Positions 1-13,299 of a DNA stretch of 64,000 bases are shown here, piece by piece. Source of the stretch: Eledone cirrhosa (lineage: Eukaryota); NCBI GenBank assembly GCA_964016885.1, contig OZ024748.1:18476001-18540000 (forward strand). Reading direction: 5' to 3'. Numbering within the stretch: position 1 is the first letter of the stretch; every line of letters begins with the position of its first letter. The notes below the pieces were generated by a model that was not told the origin of the DNA, ran no database searches, and saw only the letters and a list, made by a program, of their open reading frames with translations. A program made the position numbers and the translations under genes.

Positions 1-34
1 TTCTTACAAGAAACATCCAGCTCGTTTGTCAGAC

Positions 35-66
<32 letters not shown>

Positions 67-340
67 AATATTAAAAAAATAATGAATAAAACAAAGAAAC
101 AGTTCCTTATATTAAACAAAAAAAGTTCATTATTTAACGATCGTTTCTAGGACATATATGTGTTAGACTGTTTCTTTGTTTTATTCATTATTTTTTTAAT
201 ATTTTATCTTGACTCTGTATTCCGTTTATCTTTCACCGAAAGTGATTTTTGAATGCATCTCTTCTTTCCATGATATCCGGATTACATTGAGTTCTTCATA
301 CGGATTGGACACTACCGTAAACTTTTGGTAGATTTATCTA

Positions 341-388
<48 letters not shown>

Positions 389-689
389 CATATACATATA
401 CACAGTGAAACCTTTGTTCATGAACGCCTCTCGTCATCAACAAATCGGGAATGGTGTCTGTCTTGAGTATTGAACACACAAGCTGTCAACAACAGTTGGT
501 GACAAGCTTGGCGTATCAGCAGCAAAGCAGTACTTGCTGTGTAGTTAGTTACTATGGTGTCAAAGAAGATCGTTAGTTACTATCTTCTTTCACACAGCCT
601 CTTTTACTGTGGCAGTTGCTTTGTTATTTCCGTTTCCTTTTGCATATATGTGTATATATGTACACACAACCACATCTACATACATAGAG

Positions 690-1250
690 ATGAAGTGAAA
701 ACACCTAAATGTGACAACAGATGCAGACTGTGTGAAATAAATATCAAGGATGTCACCTTCATCAAAAGAAGTTGTTTGAAGATATCATCACGATATTAAC
801 CACAGCAGTAGCCAAAACATTATACTATGCAATGAGTATAAAAATATTCAAAAGTTACACACACACATAATATGAAAGAGTACTGGTGGAATGTTCCAGT
901 GAAAACCCTCATAAAATGTAAACATAACAGACCAGACATAGTGATATGGGACAGAGGAAAGAAGGCATACACAGTAGAGGAAATCAGCTTCTCAGCAAAT
1001 ATTAATATAGTGTTAAAGATTAGCAAAAAGGAGAACATCTATGCTGAACTAATAAGGATCCTGCAGATACTCCACTTTGACTATACCTTTAAATTTATAC
1101 CTGTGATCATTAGGATATTTTACTATCTACCTCAGCACAAACCTTGAGAAGCTGAGCTTTATGAACCAGAAAGAGCACAGCTAAGTAGGAAGTTTTACAT
1201 TAATGGAACTGTAGAAATATGTAAAATATTCCAGAAATTGAGGATATAAT
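690..1250 (+). mobile_element. Decayed 3' fragment of an RLE-endonuclease non-LTR retrotransposon (R4/Dong-like)
   Basis: CRLC zinc-knuckle remnant followed by HNRPDIVIWD...EIS...K.NIYAEL...FIPVII (PD-(D/E)xK-type RLE domain), with stops and frameshifts. Confidence 0.75.
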
Positions 1251-1497
1251 TTCATATACATATGTATAGATATAGAAATATATATCTAGATATTACTAAA
1301 ACTCTGTGATTGTGTACTTGTCTGTAATTTAATACAACCAAAACAGCGCATAACGGGGAAAATACTTTGAAAAGAAGTTGCTCCTGAAATGGGAATACAA
1401 ATGGAACAAAACAAGTTTTGCGAAAATCAGAGCACAGGTTCCCAAGATACAGGGTTTTTCCGAGTACTTTCATAAATAGAGAGAAAGAGATAGTGGT

Positions 1498-1499
<2 letters not shown>

Positions 1500-1592
<93 letters not shown>

Positions 1593-1593
1593 T

Positions 1594-1627
<34 letters not shown>
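1500..1627. repeat. (GA)n microsatellite
   Basis: Long GA run. (TA)n, (CA)n and (CAT)n microsatellites occur throughout the window. Confidence 0.95.
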
Positions 1628-4600
1628 CTGGTAGTGTTGTTGAATGAAATTATGTGTGTGTATATGTCTGTAACCAGTGTATATAGGTCAAAGACACACA
1701 CACACATATATATATAGGCCTTCCAATTTCATTTTACATTAGATACAGGTCTGTGTACATTTTAATTATTTAAAAAATATTTTTAAGTGAACGTGATCCA
1801 ACAGGTCACAGGTGGTCTAGTGTACATATATATCTCAAAACATACAGCTCCACACATGCAATGACATTCGTACCTGCACACACACATACACACAAACATA
1901 CATCACTACCATCATGAACACTATATATTTGCCTTTCCATGGGTTGTAAAGGTCTTCTCTGATACAGCTTCCTTCCACTTGTGTTCCTTTGTCATTTCTT
2001 CTGTGATATTCTATGCCTTCTTATCAGTACTCAGCACTTCAGCCACGGTTTTGCATGGTCTTACTTTTCTGCAGCTTCCTTCCACTTGTAATACAAGGCA
2101 TTTCTTCCCTCCAACCATCACCATCTATATGCATCACATGTCCATACCAGCACAATCCCCTTCTCTCTCTCTACTGCATACAACTTCTGATTCCTCTCAT
2201 GTTCAGTTTTTCTCTTAGCCCCTATGTGATTTGTCTTTCACGAAAATGTGGTTAGAATTGTTGTTTTGTAAAAGCCAGGGCAATGCAAGTCACAAAATAA
2301 AGAATGAAAACAAGTACAAAACAAAATAACAGTTTACCCTTTTACAATATTTCATGATATTTCGGTGTTATTACACCCTTTTCAAGGGAGAGGAAATGGG
2401 GTTGGATGACAAGAGGAGCTTCACACTATATATAAATATATATATATATATTTTACCTGTTTCAGCCCATGGACTGTAGCCTCGCTAAGCTATATATAAA
2501 TATATATATATATATATATTTTACCTGTTTCAGCCCATGGACTATAGCCTCGCTAAGCTATATAAAAACTATATAAAATTATATAAACACCTCATAAATA
2601 CACAAATCGACTCAGACTCACTCCAATAAATAGATTGATACAACAGAACACGACAATAATTCAACTGGAACAACATCAATTTAGCTGAAGAAATAATTGA
2701 TTCAACGTTATGTAAAGAACAACAATGGCAAGCAACAGCTACTGCACCTGTTCAAACATGGAAAAACACACATACACACACTGACAGGCACAGAGTCACA
2801 TACATACAGTCAAACATACACACATACACTGAGTCAAACACAGACACCCACTTAACATTCAATTTTGCAAGAAGTATGTTGATTTAAAGATTTTTACATA
2901 TCAATTCCTCACCCACATGTTCTAGACATTGTAGGTATGTAAACTGATGAGAAGGTGGGGAGGGGAGAGAAGATGTATTCTGTTAATGAGGGGGGGGGGG
3001 GGGTAATCACTAATCATGATTATCAACCTCTTAAGTTAGATTGTAACTTAATAACGAAATTAATAATGAGAAAGTAAAGTTTTTTTTTCTAAATCCCTGC
3101 AAATTTTTATATCATTTTAAAAATAAATTGAAAGCCCTTAGGCAGTGTATTCCATAACAAATGTGGTTAGGGAAGGGTGGCTGTTATAGTGGGTGTTGCC
3201 GCCCATTCTCTGCAGCAATGCTTTTCACTATTATGTCCGTGGGGCACAACGGAAACATACCAATCAGACTGGGGTGTAGAGTCTGCCGATCCTTCTCCCT
3301 TTCTCTTTCTTTCATTGCTTTATTTCTTTTTTGTCTTTTCCTTCTTCTTTCTCATGGAATTAGGGAGGTGGGTTTGGAAATTAGGAAAAACCTGTTATGC
3401 TCAATGAAAAACAACTCAGTGTATCCCCATTTTTGGAATAGGTACACTACAACCTAGCATATCATAAAACATTGTCCCCAAAAAGTTCCATCCAACCCAT
3501 ACCAGAATGGAAAAGTAGACTTGATGATGATGATGATGATGGTGATGGTAATTAAAGAAAACAAAAATTAATTATCATTTCACTTGCATCTGAATGGGAC
3601 CTCCCCACCCACAATATTTTATTTTTCAAAAATATTCTATCTATTATTTAATTCAAATAGTTTCCTTTGTTATATAACATATCAAATATAAAGACATAAT
3701 TGTGTCCATTCAAACAATAATAATTGTGTCTTTAAATATATATATTTTAGTGTCCATTAAAACAACAATAATACACAATAGACTGGGAAAATTAAATTAA
3801 AATACAATTAAAAATATATTTCTACCAAAGCCACAGAAAATATTTTGAACAAATTATGTATCTATCATCATCATTATACATCCATTCTTCCTCGCTAGTG
3901 TGGGTTAGATGGATTGTGACAGATAAAGCCAGTACTAATTAGAGCTACTGTTGCATTATAATTAACATAATTATGATAATGATTATAATTTCCCACAATG
4001 ATATAAAATCACCATAATTATAATTTCTAACAAGGTTATTATCATTATTATAAGTAGTAGTAGTTTAATTAGGGCAGTGGGTCGACTAATTGGTAGAGCA
4101 TTGGATAACATGCTTTGTGGCATGGAGTTACGTCTCTTTACGCTCTGCGTTCAAATCCCACCAAGGTTACGCCCCTTTACGTTCTGCGTTCAAATCCTGC
4201 CGAGGTTAGCTTTGCCTTTCATCCTTACAGAGTCAATAAAATAAAGTACTTGTAATGCACTGGGGTTTGATTTAATTGACTTTCAACTCCCCCCAAATTG
4301 CTATCCTTGTGCCTAAATCAGAAACAATTCTTATCATCAACAGCATCAGTGTTTTTATAAGCTGGTATCAGTTGAACATGTCTTTCTCCAACAGAGCAAG
4401 AAATCACTTTGTCATTTCCTTCATAAAATTAACCCCTTTTTATGCCAAACAACTAGATACCTCCATGGTTCTACAATATAAAACTGTTTGTGTTTACAGT
4501 GTTTATATTCATCATTACCGTTTAGCGCTCATTTTTCCATGCTTGCATGGGTTAGATGGGTCATCAAAGTTGGCCACGCCTTACCTTGCTCCGATGAAGA

Positions 4601-4831
4601 CAGTAAATTTGGCCTGGTATTTTATAGCTGGATGGCACTGTTATGAGGAGGGACAGGCCAGTTGACCGTGCCGAACCCATCATACAGCGGAACCACAGTT
4701 TTGGAGCCCGGTACTGGATGGCACCAATATGAGGAGCCTATATTCATTTAAAATCCTGCCATCATAATTGTATATAAGAACCTTTGTTAAGTCATGCTCC
4801 AAATACCTGATTAACAAGAAAATTTGTTATA

Positions 4832-5011
4832 CAGGGTGAGAATAAAGTCATTCCCTGATTATAAAATACCATATCTCGGATACTATTTGAGATTTTACTT
4901 TTTGATTGTTTTAATTATAAATTCCTCTTCTACAGGAAGTAGTTGTAATTTTCAGTAACAAAATAGCATCTATGAAACAAAAAGCTCAGTGTGTTTTATG
5001 GTTTCACCCTG
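4832..5011 (+). mobile_element. Internally deleted Tc1/mariner-type element with TA target duplication
   Basis: ta-cagggtga ... tcaccctg-ta. Retains a transposase-N-terminus-like ASMKQKAQCVLWFH and splits an older MITE. Confidence 0.65.
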
Positions 5012-7149
5012 TATTACTAAATCTCTCCAAATTCTTGATTACTTAAAAAGTCATTATAAAATTATAGGCAAAGTCTTTCGTTTGAAATACGGTAACAAAA
5101 GGTTAAGTATCCTGAACCAAGTTTTCACCACATCTGCCAATGTCATCTTTGGTGTTTCTCTTGCACAGGTTCTGCCCATTTCAATCATTTGGCATCTCTT
5201 TACCCAAATATCATCCTATCATCCTTCATAACACCTTACATGTCTATACCAGAGCAATCTCCTCTCTTGCACAATTATCTCATACTCAGTTTTTCTTCTA
5301 GCTCCTAGATCACTTGTGCTCTCATTCATTCACACTAACATTACACATCCAGTGGAGCATGCACTCAATAATAATAACAACCCTTTCATTACTGTATTTT
5401 TAATGAAATATATTTTATTTTAATTAATGAATGAAGAATTTGGGTGGATTAAATAAAATGTTAATTATTTCATAATTAAAATGGTATTTGTAACATAACA
5501 AAAGGTACTTATATCAAATTATGTCAGAAGATTTTAATTAAAATAGGAACGCTTTAAAATGGATGATTTTGTTTCATAGAGCAAGGGATAGTTTGGGGAA
5601 GGTTAGTACCAAAAGGGTTAATAATGATTTCTAATTTAGGCACAGTTAACCTTGATGGGATTTGAACTCAGAACATAAAGGGACATCACTATATGCCATG
5701 AACTATGAAATGACTCTTGAATTGTGTCGAGGCAATGACAATCTCCCTAGTGCTGGTGTTATAATAAAATGGGTGCATTGGCATTAGGAAGGGCATCCGG
5801 TTATAGAATCTATGCTAAACAAAAGGTTGAGAGGATTCTTCAGTCACGTCAAGGACATAACAACCATGCCACAATAAAGTGCATTCAGTACACTCTGTAA
5901 AATGCGTTGTGTTAGGGAGGGCATACAGCTATAGAAACCAAGCCAAAATTAGGCCGTATGTAACCATGATTGAAATGTTCATAATATCTTTACTAGTGGA
6001 TAAATTGTTGTGAAGATTTGCAGTATTACAGTGACATCTTTAATTTTTTTATGTGATACTGTTATAATGCTGTTTTGTACATTTCAAGAACTTGCTAATG
6101 TGGTTTCATGTGGTACAGGACGTTAAGAGTGAAGCAACTGACTTGGGTCCCATCCAGCTCATGCCAGCATGAAAAAGCAGAGGTAAGATGACACTGATGA
6201 TGGCAATGACGACAAAGACAGCGATGATGATGATAATGAAAATGACAATGACGATAACAATGATGAGGATGCGGTAATGTTGATGTTGAAGATAATGACA
6301 ATAATGACGACAATGGCGGAAGACGACGATAGTGATGATAACGATGATAGTAATGGTGATGATGACGATGATAGTGATAATAATGATGATGATAATAAGT
6401 GAATAAATAAATAAATGAACGAACGGAAACTGACGGAAAGCGGTGTGTTCAACCCCCCCAGGGATAAACGGAAGCAATGGAGGGAAAAATTCAAAAAACT
6501 CACCGATATGATCTCTGCTTGCCTGTCTTCATGTTGTGGCAGTGGTAGGTTCTTCCCAAACTACACTGCAGAATGGACAAGATGAGGACCCTTGCTTAGA
6601 GAAGAAACCCAGCACACAAATTTACTTTAATTCTGAAAACATGCTTGCCATTTCCTTTTGGGAAGCCCTGCCCCCACAACTATAAATAATAATTGAACAA
6701 GTTAAGTAAGGTATTTCTGGAGATGGAAAAATTAGACAAGAATGGCTAGGTACTTTACTCAACATATTTAGCTATTAATCATAGTTATCTGCATTGTGGG
6801 AGCTTCACCAAAGGAAAAACAAATACATTTTCAAATTTCAAATCCCCCCAATAATTTTAAATTAACCAAATGTTCTTTATTTTATTTTATTTTACTTTTA
6901 TATAGTTCTTTTTTACTTTGTTATTTTTGCCTAAGATTTGTTTTGTTTTGTTTTAATAAATAAAATTTAAAAAATGAAATGTAAAATTTCTAAAATAAAT
7001 TTATATATAAAAAAGGTGTGAAAAACAACACCCAATCAAAACAAGACAAAAAAGTGTTAAAAAAAACTGGTCTGATTATTGATAGAAGGGATATGTGCAG
7101 CCCCTAAACTACTGATATGTCTAGGGATTGTAATCCTATCGATGGCCAG

Positions 7150-7376
7150 GGCCAATTACCTGACTATGTGGTTGACCACAGCTGATTATAAAAACTGCAA
7201 TGGGTGGAGGTGGACGGTGATAATGGAGTTGGTAGAAGGCCAATTATCTGACGGGGTTGACCGCAACTAATTATAAAAACTGCAATGGGTCGAGGTGGAT
7301 GGTGATAATGGCGTTGGTAGAAGGCCAATTACTCGATGGGGTTGACCGCAACTAATTATAAAAACTGCAATGGGTA
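7150..7376. repeat. About 85-bp tandem repeat, about 2.7 copies
   Basis: ttataaaaactgcaatgggt recurs at 7186, 7271 and 7356. Confidence 0.9.
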
Positions 7377-7403
7377 GGGGAAAATCGTGGCCATTTGGTG
7401 CTG
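7267..7403 (-). CDS. Candidate JNK 3' coding exon (AAPNGHDFPLPIAVFIISCGQPHR...HCSFYN*)
   Basis: Tandem CAGCAG acceptor (7406-7401) compatible with phase 1 from exon 9; T-rich UTR-like sequence and minus-strand AATAAA (plus-strand tttatt, about 6876-6890) downstream. No homology confirmation. Confidence 0.35.
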
Positions 7404-7929
7404 CTGCAGTTGAATGACAGAAGTTATACTTATGGCATACACCTTACATAGATTTAACTGGTTTCCTTTAAGATTTCTTTAGTAGGTTTGTTTTTAATGA
7501 TAGAGGCCCCCAGTCCTATCACAACATAGGTTATACTCCCATATTACTAGTGAAAGGTATACTCTCACATTCTTCATACAAAGTATACTCACAAACTTCT
7601 CAGACATGCTACAGTTCCAAACTCTTATAGGAAGTGTATACAAGTTTGAGAGTTTGGGCTTGTTCAATTCATGCCACTCAAAAAAAAAATGAATATGATG
7701 ATGATGATGATGATTAGCAATGGTAGTTGATGTAACATTAGAGCCAACAAGGATTTTATGAACCTAGCAACAAATAATAATAATTGCTATAATAGACATC
7801 ATCATCATCATCATCATAATTTTCATGTTCACTTTTTTAAGTTGGATGGGACATTTTGAGGCAATGTTTTATTGTTGGATGCCCTTCCTGACACTAACCT
7901 TTACAGTTGCATCTTACAGCACACAGAAA

Positions 7930-10020
7930 TATGGAGTACCTATTCTAAAATCTGGATTACACTCATGCAATAAAATATGATTCAATATAAGGTTTTCTAG
8001 AAGTAGTAGATAGCTCTTGTTATCTAGGTGACCTCATTAGCAGTGGAGGTACTGAAAGTGATGTAACCAGAATTAGAATGGGCTGGAAAATGTTTGGGGA
8101 GTTGTTGATGGCAAACAAAGCCCCACCCCTCTTAAAGTGAAGGGCAGATTGCATGATGTTTATGTTCAAACTGTTCTACTACATGGTAGTAAGATGTGGA
8201 CTGTGAATGTTCAAATTATTATGCTACATGATGTGGGTTCTGAATGTTCAAACTATTATGCTACATGGAAGTAAGGTGTGGACTGTGAATGTTCAAACTG
8301 TTATGCTACATGGTAATAAGATGTGGGCTGTGAATGTTTAAAATATTATGCTACATGGTAATAAGGTGTGGGCTCTAAATATTTCAAACTATTATGCTAC
8401 ATGGTAATAAGATGTGGGCTTTGAATGTTCCAAACTATTATGTTACACGGTAATAAGATGTGGGCTCTAAATATTTCAAACTATTATGTTACATGGTAGT
8501 AAGATGTGGGCTCTGAATGTTCCAAACTATTATGCTACATGGTAGTAAGATGTGGGCTCTGAATGTTCCAAACTATTATGCTACATGGTAATAAGATGTG
8601 GGCTCTGAATGTTCCAAACTATTATGCTACATGGTAGTAAGATGTGGGCTCTGAATGTTCCAAACTATTATGCTACATGGTAATAAGATGTGGGCTCTGA
8701 ATGTTCCAAACTATTATGCTACATGGTAATAAGATGTGGGCTCTGAATGTTCCAAACTATTATGTTACACGGTAATAAGATGTGGGCTCTGAATGTTCCA
8801 AACTATTATGCTACATGGTATTAAGATGTGGGCTCTGAATGTTCCAAACTATTGTTACACAGTAATAAGATGTGGGCTCTGAATGTTCCAAACTATTATG
8901 CTACATGGTAATAAGGTGTGGGCTCTAAATATTCCAAACTATTATGCTACATGGTAATAAGATGTGGGCTCTGAATGTTCCAAACTATTATGTTACATGG
9001 TAATAAGATGTGGGCTCTGAATGTTCCAAACTATTATGCTACATGGTAATAAGGTGTGGGCTCTAAATATTCCAAACTATTATGCTACATGGTAATAAGA
9101 TGTGGGCTCTGAATGTTCCAAACTATTATGTTACATGGTAATAAGATGTGGGCTCTGAATGTTCCAAACTATTATGCTACATGGTAATAAGGTGCGGGCT
9201 CTGAATGTTCCAAACTATTATGCTACATGGTAATAAGGTGTGGGCTCTAAATATTTCAATCTATTATGCTACATGGTAATAAGGTGTGGGCTCTGAATGT
9301 TCCAAACTATTATGCTACATGGTAATAAGATGTGGGCTCTGAATGTTCCAAACTATTATGCTACATGGTAATAAGATGTGGGCTCTGAATGTTTAAACTA
9401 TTATGCTACATGGTAATAAGGTGCGGGCTCTGAATGTTCCAAACTATTATGCTACATGGTAATAAGGTGTGGGCTCTGAATGTTCCAAACTATTATGCTA
9501 CATGGTAATAAGGTGCGGGGTCTGAATGTTCCAAACTATTATGCTACATGGTAATAAGGTGCGGGCTCTGAATGTTCCAAACTATTATGCTACATGGTAA
9601 TAAGGTGTGGGCTCTGAATGTTCCAAACTATTATGCTACATGGTAATAAGGTGCGGGGTCTGAATGCAGAAGATTTACAACAGCTTGAAAGAAATGAATT
9701 TTGCATGCTCTGCTGGATGTGAAATGGTGGTATGTATGAACAACGGAGAATAAGAGAGCTGAGGGAAAAATTGAGTTTAAGAGGAATCACATGTAGTGTG
9801 CAAGAGAGATGATTGCACTGGTATGGTAATGGGATACACAGGGAAAACAACAGTTGTATAAAACTAAGTGCCAAGACCTTGAAGAAGATGGAACCTGCGG
9901 AAGAGTGAGACCAAGGAAGACATGGGATAAAGTTGTGAAGAATGACCTAAAAAAACTGAAACTCACACAGGATTATATCGACTGATGGCAGCTAGAAAAG
10001 ACTTGCCTATCAGTATAGAC
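7930..10020 (+). mobile_element. RTE-clade LINE 3' fragment interrupted by a 46-bp minisatellite
   Basis: LEVVDSSCYLGDLISSGG...TRIRMGWKMFGELL...KVKGRLHDVYVQTVLLHGSKMW before the array; NAEDLQQLERNEFCMLCWM...ELREKL...RLHWYG...GRVRPRKTWDKVVKNDLKKL after it. Confidence 0.85.
8164..9666 (+). repeat. Minisatellite, 46-bp unit (gttccaaactattatgctacatggtaataagatgtgggctctgaat), about 33 copies
   Basis: Direct head-to-tail copies, period 46 (e.g. 8521 to 8567); 45-bp variants at the left edge. Confidence 0.97.
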
Positions 10021-13000
10021 ACTGCAAGATGTATATACACAGTAAATGAAGTGAGAGGACAGAGATTGAATAAGTCCTTCTTAGCCTCGCCATGGACAAG
10101 AAAACTTCTCTAGTGTTGGTGTCATGATAAAATCCAGTAGACTTTGTAAAGTGACTGGTGACTGAACAGAAGAGTCAACATAAGGCAGAAAGACGCTTCA
10201 GTCTTACTGAGTATATCGCAACCTCTCTAGTGTTGGCACCACAATAAACTGCTCCTACTACACGCTGTAAATCATCATCATCATCATCATCATCATTGTT
10301 TAACGTCCATTTTTCCATGCTAGCATGGGTTAGACAAAGTGGTTGGCAATCAAATGGAGACAAGAGAAGGTAAAGTGATCTGTGATTGAACAAAGACACA
10401 TTTAGGTGAGAGGAATCTTCAATGTTGCTAAAGTGGTTGGCATTAGGCAGGATATCTAGCTGTGGAAACCTGGCCAAAATATGGAACATATGAGCAATAT
10501 AAAATGAGGCTGTGGTTCTCCAGCCTGTCTTGTCTTGGATTGTGACAACTTGTCCAACCCATGCCAACATGGAAAAGAAACGTAAAATGATGGACAATAA
10601 TATATGTATATTCATATGAAAATATACCTGTCCATTTCCTAGTTTTTAGCTTATATTGCACTGGCAATGTAACCTTATTACATAAGATGCTGTCTGATGA
10701 TGTAGTGTTACTGGTTGTGTGAATGAAGCATCACATAGCTATCTATGACATATGACAATCCTTTATGAATAAAAGATTTTTGAACATCTACATCAGACCA
10801 TTGCAATTATTATTATATAAATAAATAAAGAAATAAAGAAATCATTATATAAGAAAGACACAAAACACGAAATGAAAGTACACTTTCATTAGCATATTTC
10901 TAATGAAAGATACTGCCTATGATTTTCAAATTAACTTTCTCATTAGTAAGTTATGTTTAGAACATAACAAGAGATCTTATATAAAAAAATTATCATGGAT
11001 GTTTCTTTAGACAAATATAAACACTTTAAAACAAAGTTTTTTTTTTTTTTTTATTGTAGAATCAGGGGTGGCTTGAGGCAGTTAGATAGTAAAAAAAGTT
11101 AAAATATATATACACGCACAAATAAATGCCTACTTCCCATCAATACCAGATCAAATTAATGAACCAGCCCTTTCAACAATCCTCTGACTTTCATAAAATT
11201 TATCCCAGTACACATATAGGCAGTGCCCCAGCATGGTCTCAGCCGGTTGGCTGGAACACATAAAAGAGTATATTCACTCTTCTTTAACCCTTTTGTTACC
11301 ATATTTCTAATGAACCTCATTACCTATTATCTTCAATTAATTTTGAAAATAATCAAGGATTTGAAGGGATTTAGTAATTATGAGTTAAGTTTCTCATTGT
11401 TAAGTTAGTGTCTGGAACATAGTTCAACAAAGGTTCTTATATATAATTATGATGGAAGGTTTCTCGATAAATATAAACACTTTAAAACAAACAGTTTTGT
11501 ATCATAGAACCAGGGGTGGTTTGGTATTGAAAGAGTTAATAGACTGTAAGCAACTGAAAAATAAATTTAACAAAAAAACAACAGAAAATAGAATATAAAG
11601 TAACTTAGGCTGCAGGCAAAATTATATTTGATGAAATACATTGATTTCTAATTTAGGCATAAGGCCAGCACATTTGGAGGAAATGCAAAGTTGATTAAAT
11701 CAACTGCAGTACATGACTGGTAATTTATTTTATAAACCCTGGAAGGATAAAAGGCAAAGTTGACCTCAGAATATAAAGAGCCAAAAACAAATATCACAAT
11801 GGCATTTTATCGGACACTTTACCAGTTCTGCCAATCCTTTTGTTGAAGTATACTGAAAGTTGTTCGTCAGAGAGAGAGACATCTATCATATATGTTCAAC
11901 TATTAATTGCAGACTGGCTCATCGGACTAACAAGTAGGTTAATTAGTACAGCATTACTATTATTATTAATCTCATATAGAGCAGTGGATTGGCAGAATTG
12001 GTAGAGTGCCGAACAATATGCTTTGCAGCATATAGTTAGGGCCCTTTACATTCTGAGTTCAAATCCTGCCGAGGTTAGCTTTGCCTTTTATCCTTATGGG
12101 GGTCAATGAAATAAAGTACTAGTCACGCACTGGGGTCGATTTAATCAACCCCCCTGCTGGCCTTGTGCCTAAATCAGAAACCCTTATTAATTCCATATTC
12201 AAACAAATTCAATAACCAGAGCTACTGCTACTGACCTGATGGGTCAGTGGGACCCACATCTTCACATATATTCTAGTACTTTACAAAGTGACTGGGTGCA
12301 TTTTATTGTTGCACAAACACTAAGGAAGTTATAGTGTCCTTGACACAACTGAAAAATCCTCACAACCCGTTGTTTGACAAAATAATTTTAGTAAATTCCT
12401 CCAAATTCCTCAGAAATATGGTAAGAAATGGTGAGTCTGATTGGGCCCTTCATTCCTCAAGTAATATATATACAGAGATCGATACAACAAAATACAACAA
12501 CAACAACAATAATCATCATCATCTTCACTATCATCAAAGACTGGGTGAATGTATGGGTGTATGTCATATTTAAATCATCATCATCATGAATATCACATTA
12601 CTAAAGCATTTGTACCATATTTTTATCACCACCATCACCACCATCTTCATCATTATCATTATCCTCATCATCATATACCAAGTCATTAGTACTATATTTC
12701 TATCACCATCATCATAATCACAATCACCCCCATCATCATCATCATCATCAACCCCATCATATCACTAAAGACTGTGTCATTGTAGGTGTTTGTACCATAT
12801 TTCTAGCATTATCATCATCATTGAATTTGAAGTTGTTGTGCAGGGAGTTAGAAATAACACATGGAATTTTGTCCTATGTTCTAATGTATGTGTACATGCC
12901 ACCTCATGTACACATACACATTCAAAAATCCATACAAATACACACGCACTCACAGATTTTCTTGCATTGATATGTGATATGTATGTGTGTGTGAGTGGGT

Positions 13001-13299
13001 GTATGTAAATATATATGGACATGTAACTCCTAATGGAGTTGTAAAGGCACTGTAGTGACATACAGCATGTGTTGGGCATTGTAAAAACCTGGTGGAGCCC
13101 ATTTCCTCTCCAGGTCTGAACACAGCTGATTTCTTTCAGAAACATCAAGAAAGGAAGTCAGAGAAAGAAAGTGAGAAAGAGATATAGAGAAAGAATTGAC
13201 CCCAGTACTAAACTGGTATTTTTTTTTCATCCAACCGAAAGGATGAAAGGCGAAGTTGACCTCGGCGGGATTTGATCTCAGAGAGCAAAGAGCTAGAAT

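Noticed and set aside
2426-2565. About 65-bp direct duplication with a donor-like cag|gtaaaa
   Set aside because: Slippage duplication of a SINE tail between TA runs; no exon support.
8164-9666. CRISPR-like appearance of regular repeats (also 34715, 46998, 54793)
   Set aside because: Head-to-tail units with no unique spacers, no cas genes, eukaryotic context.
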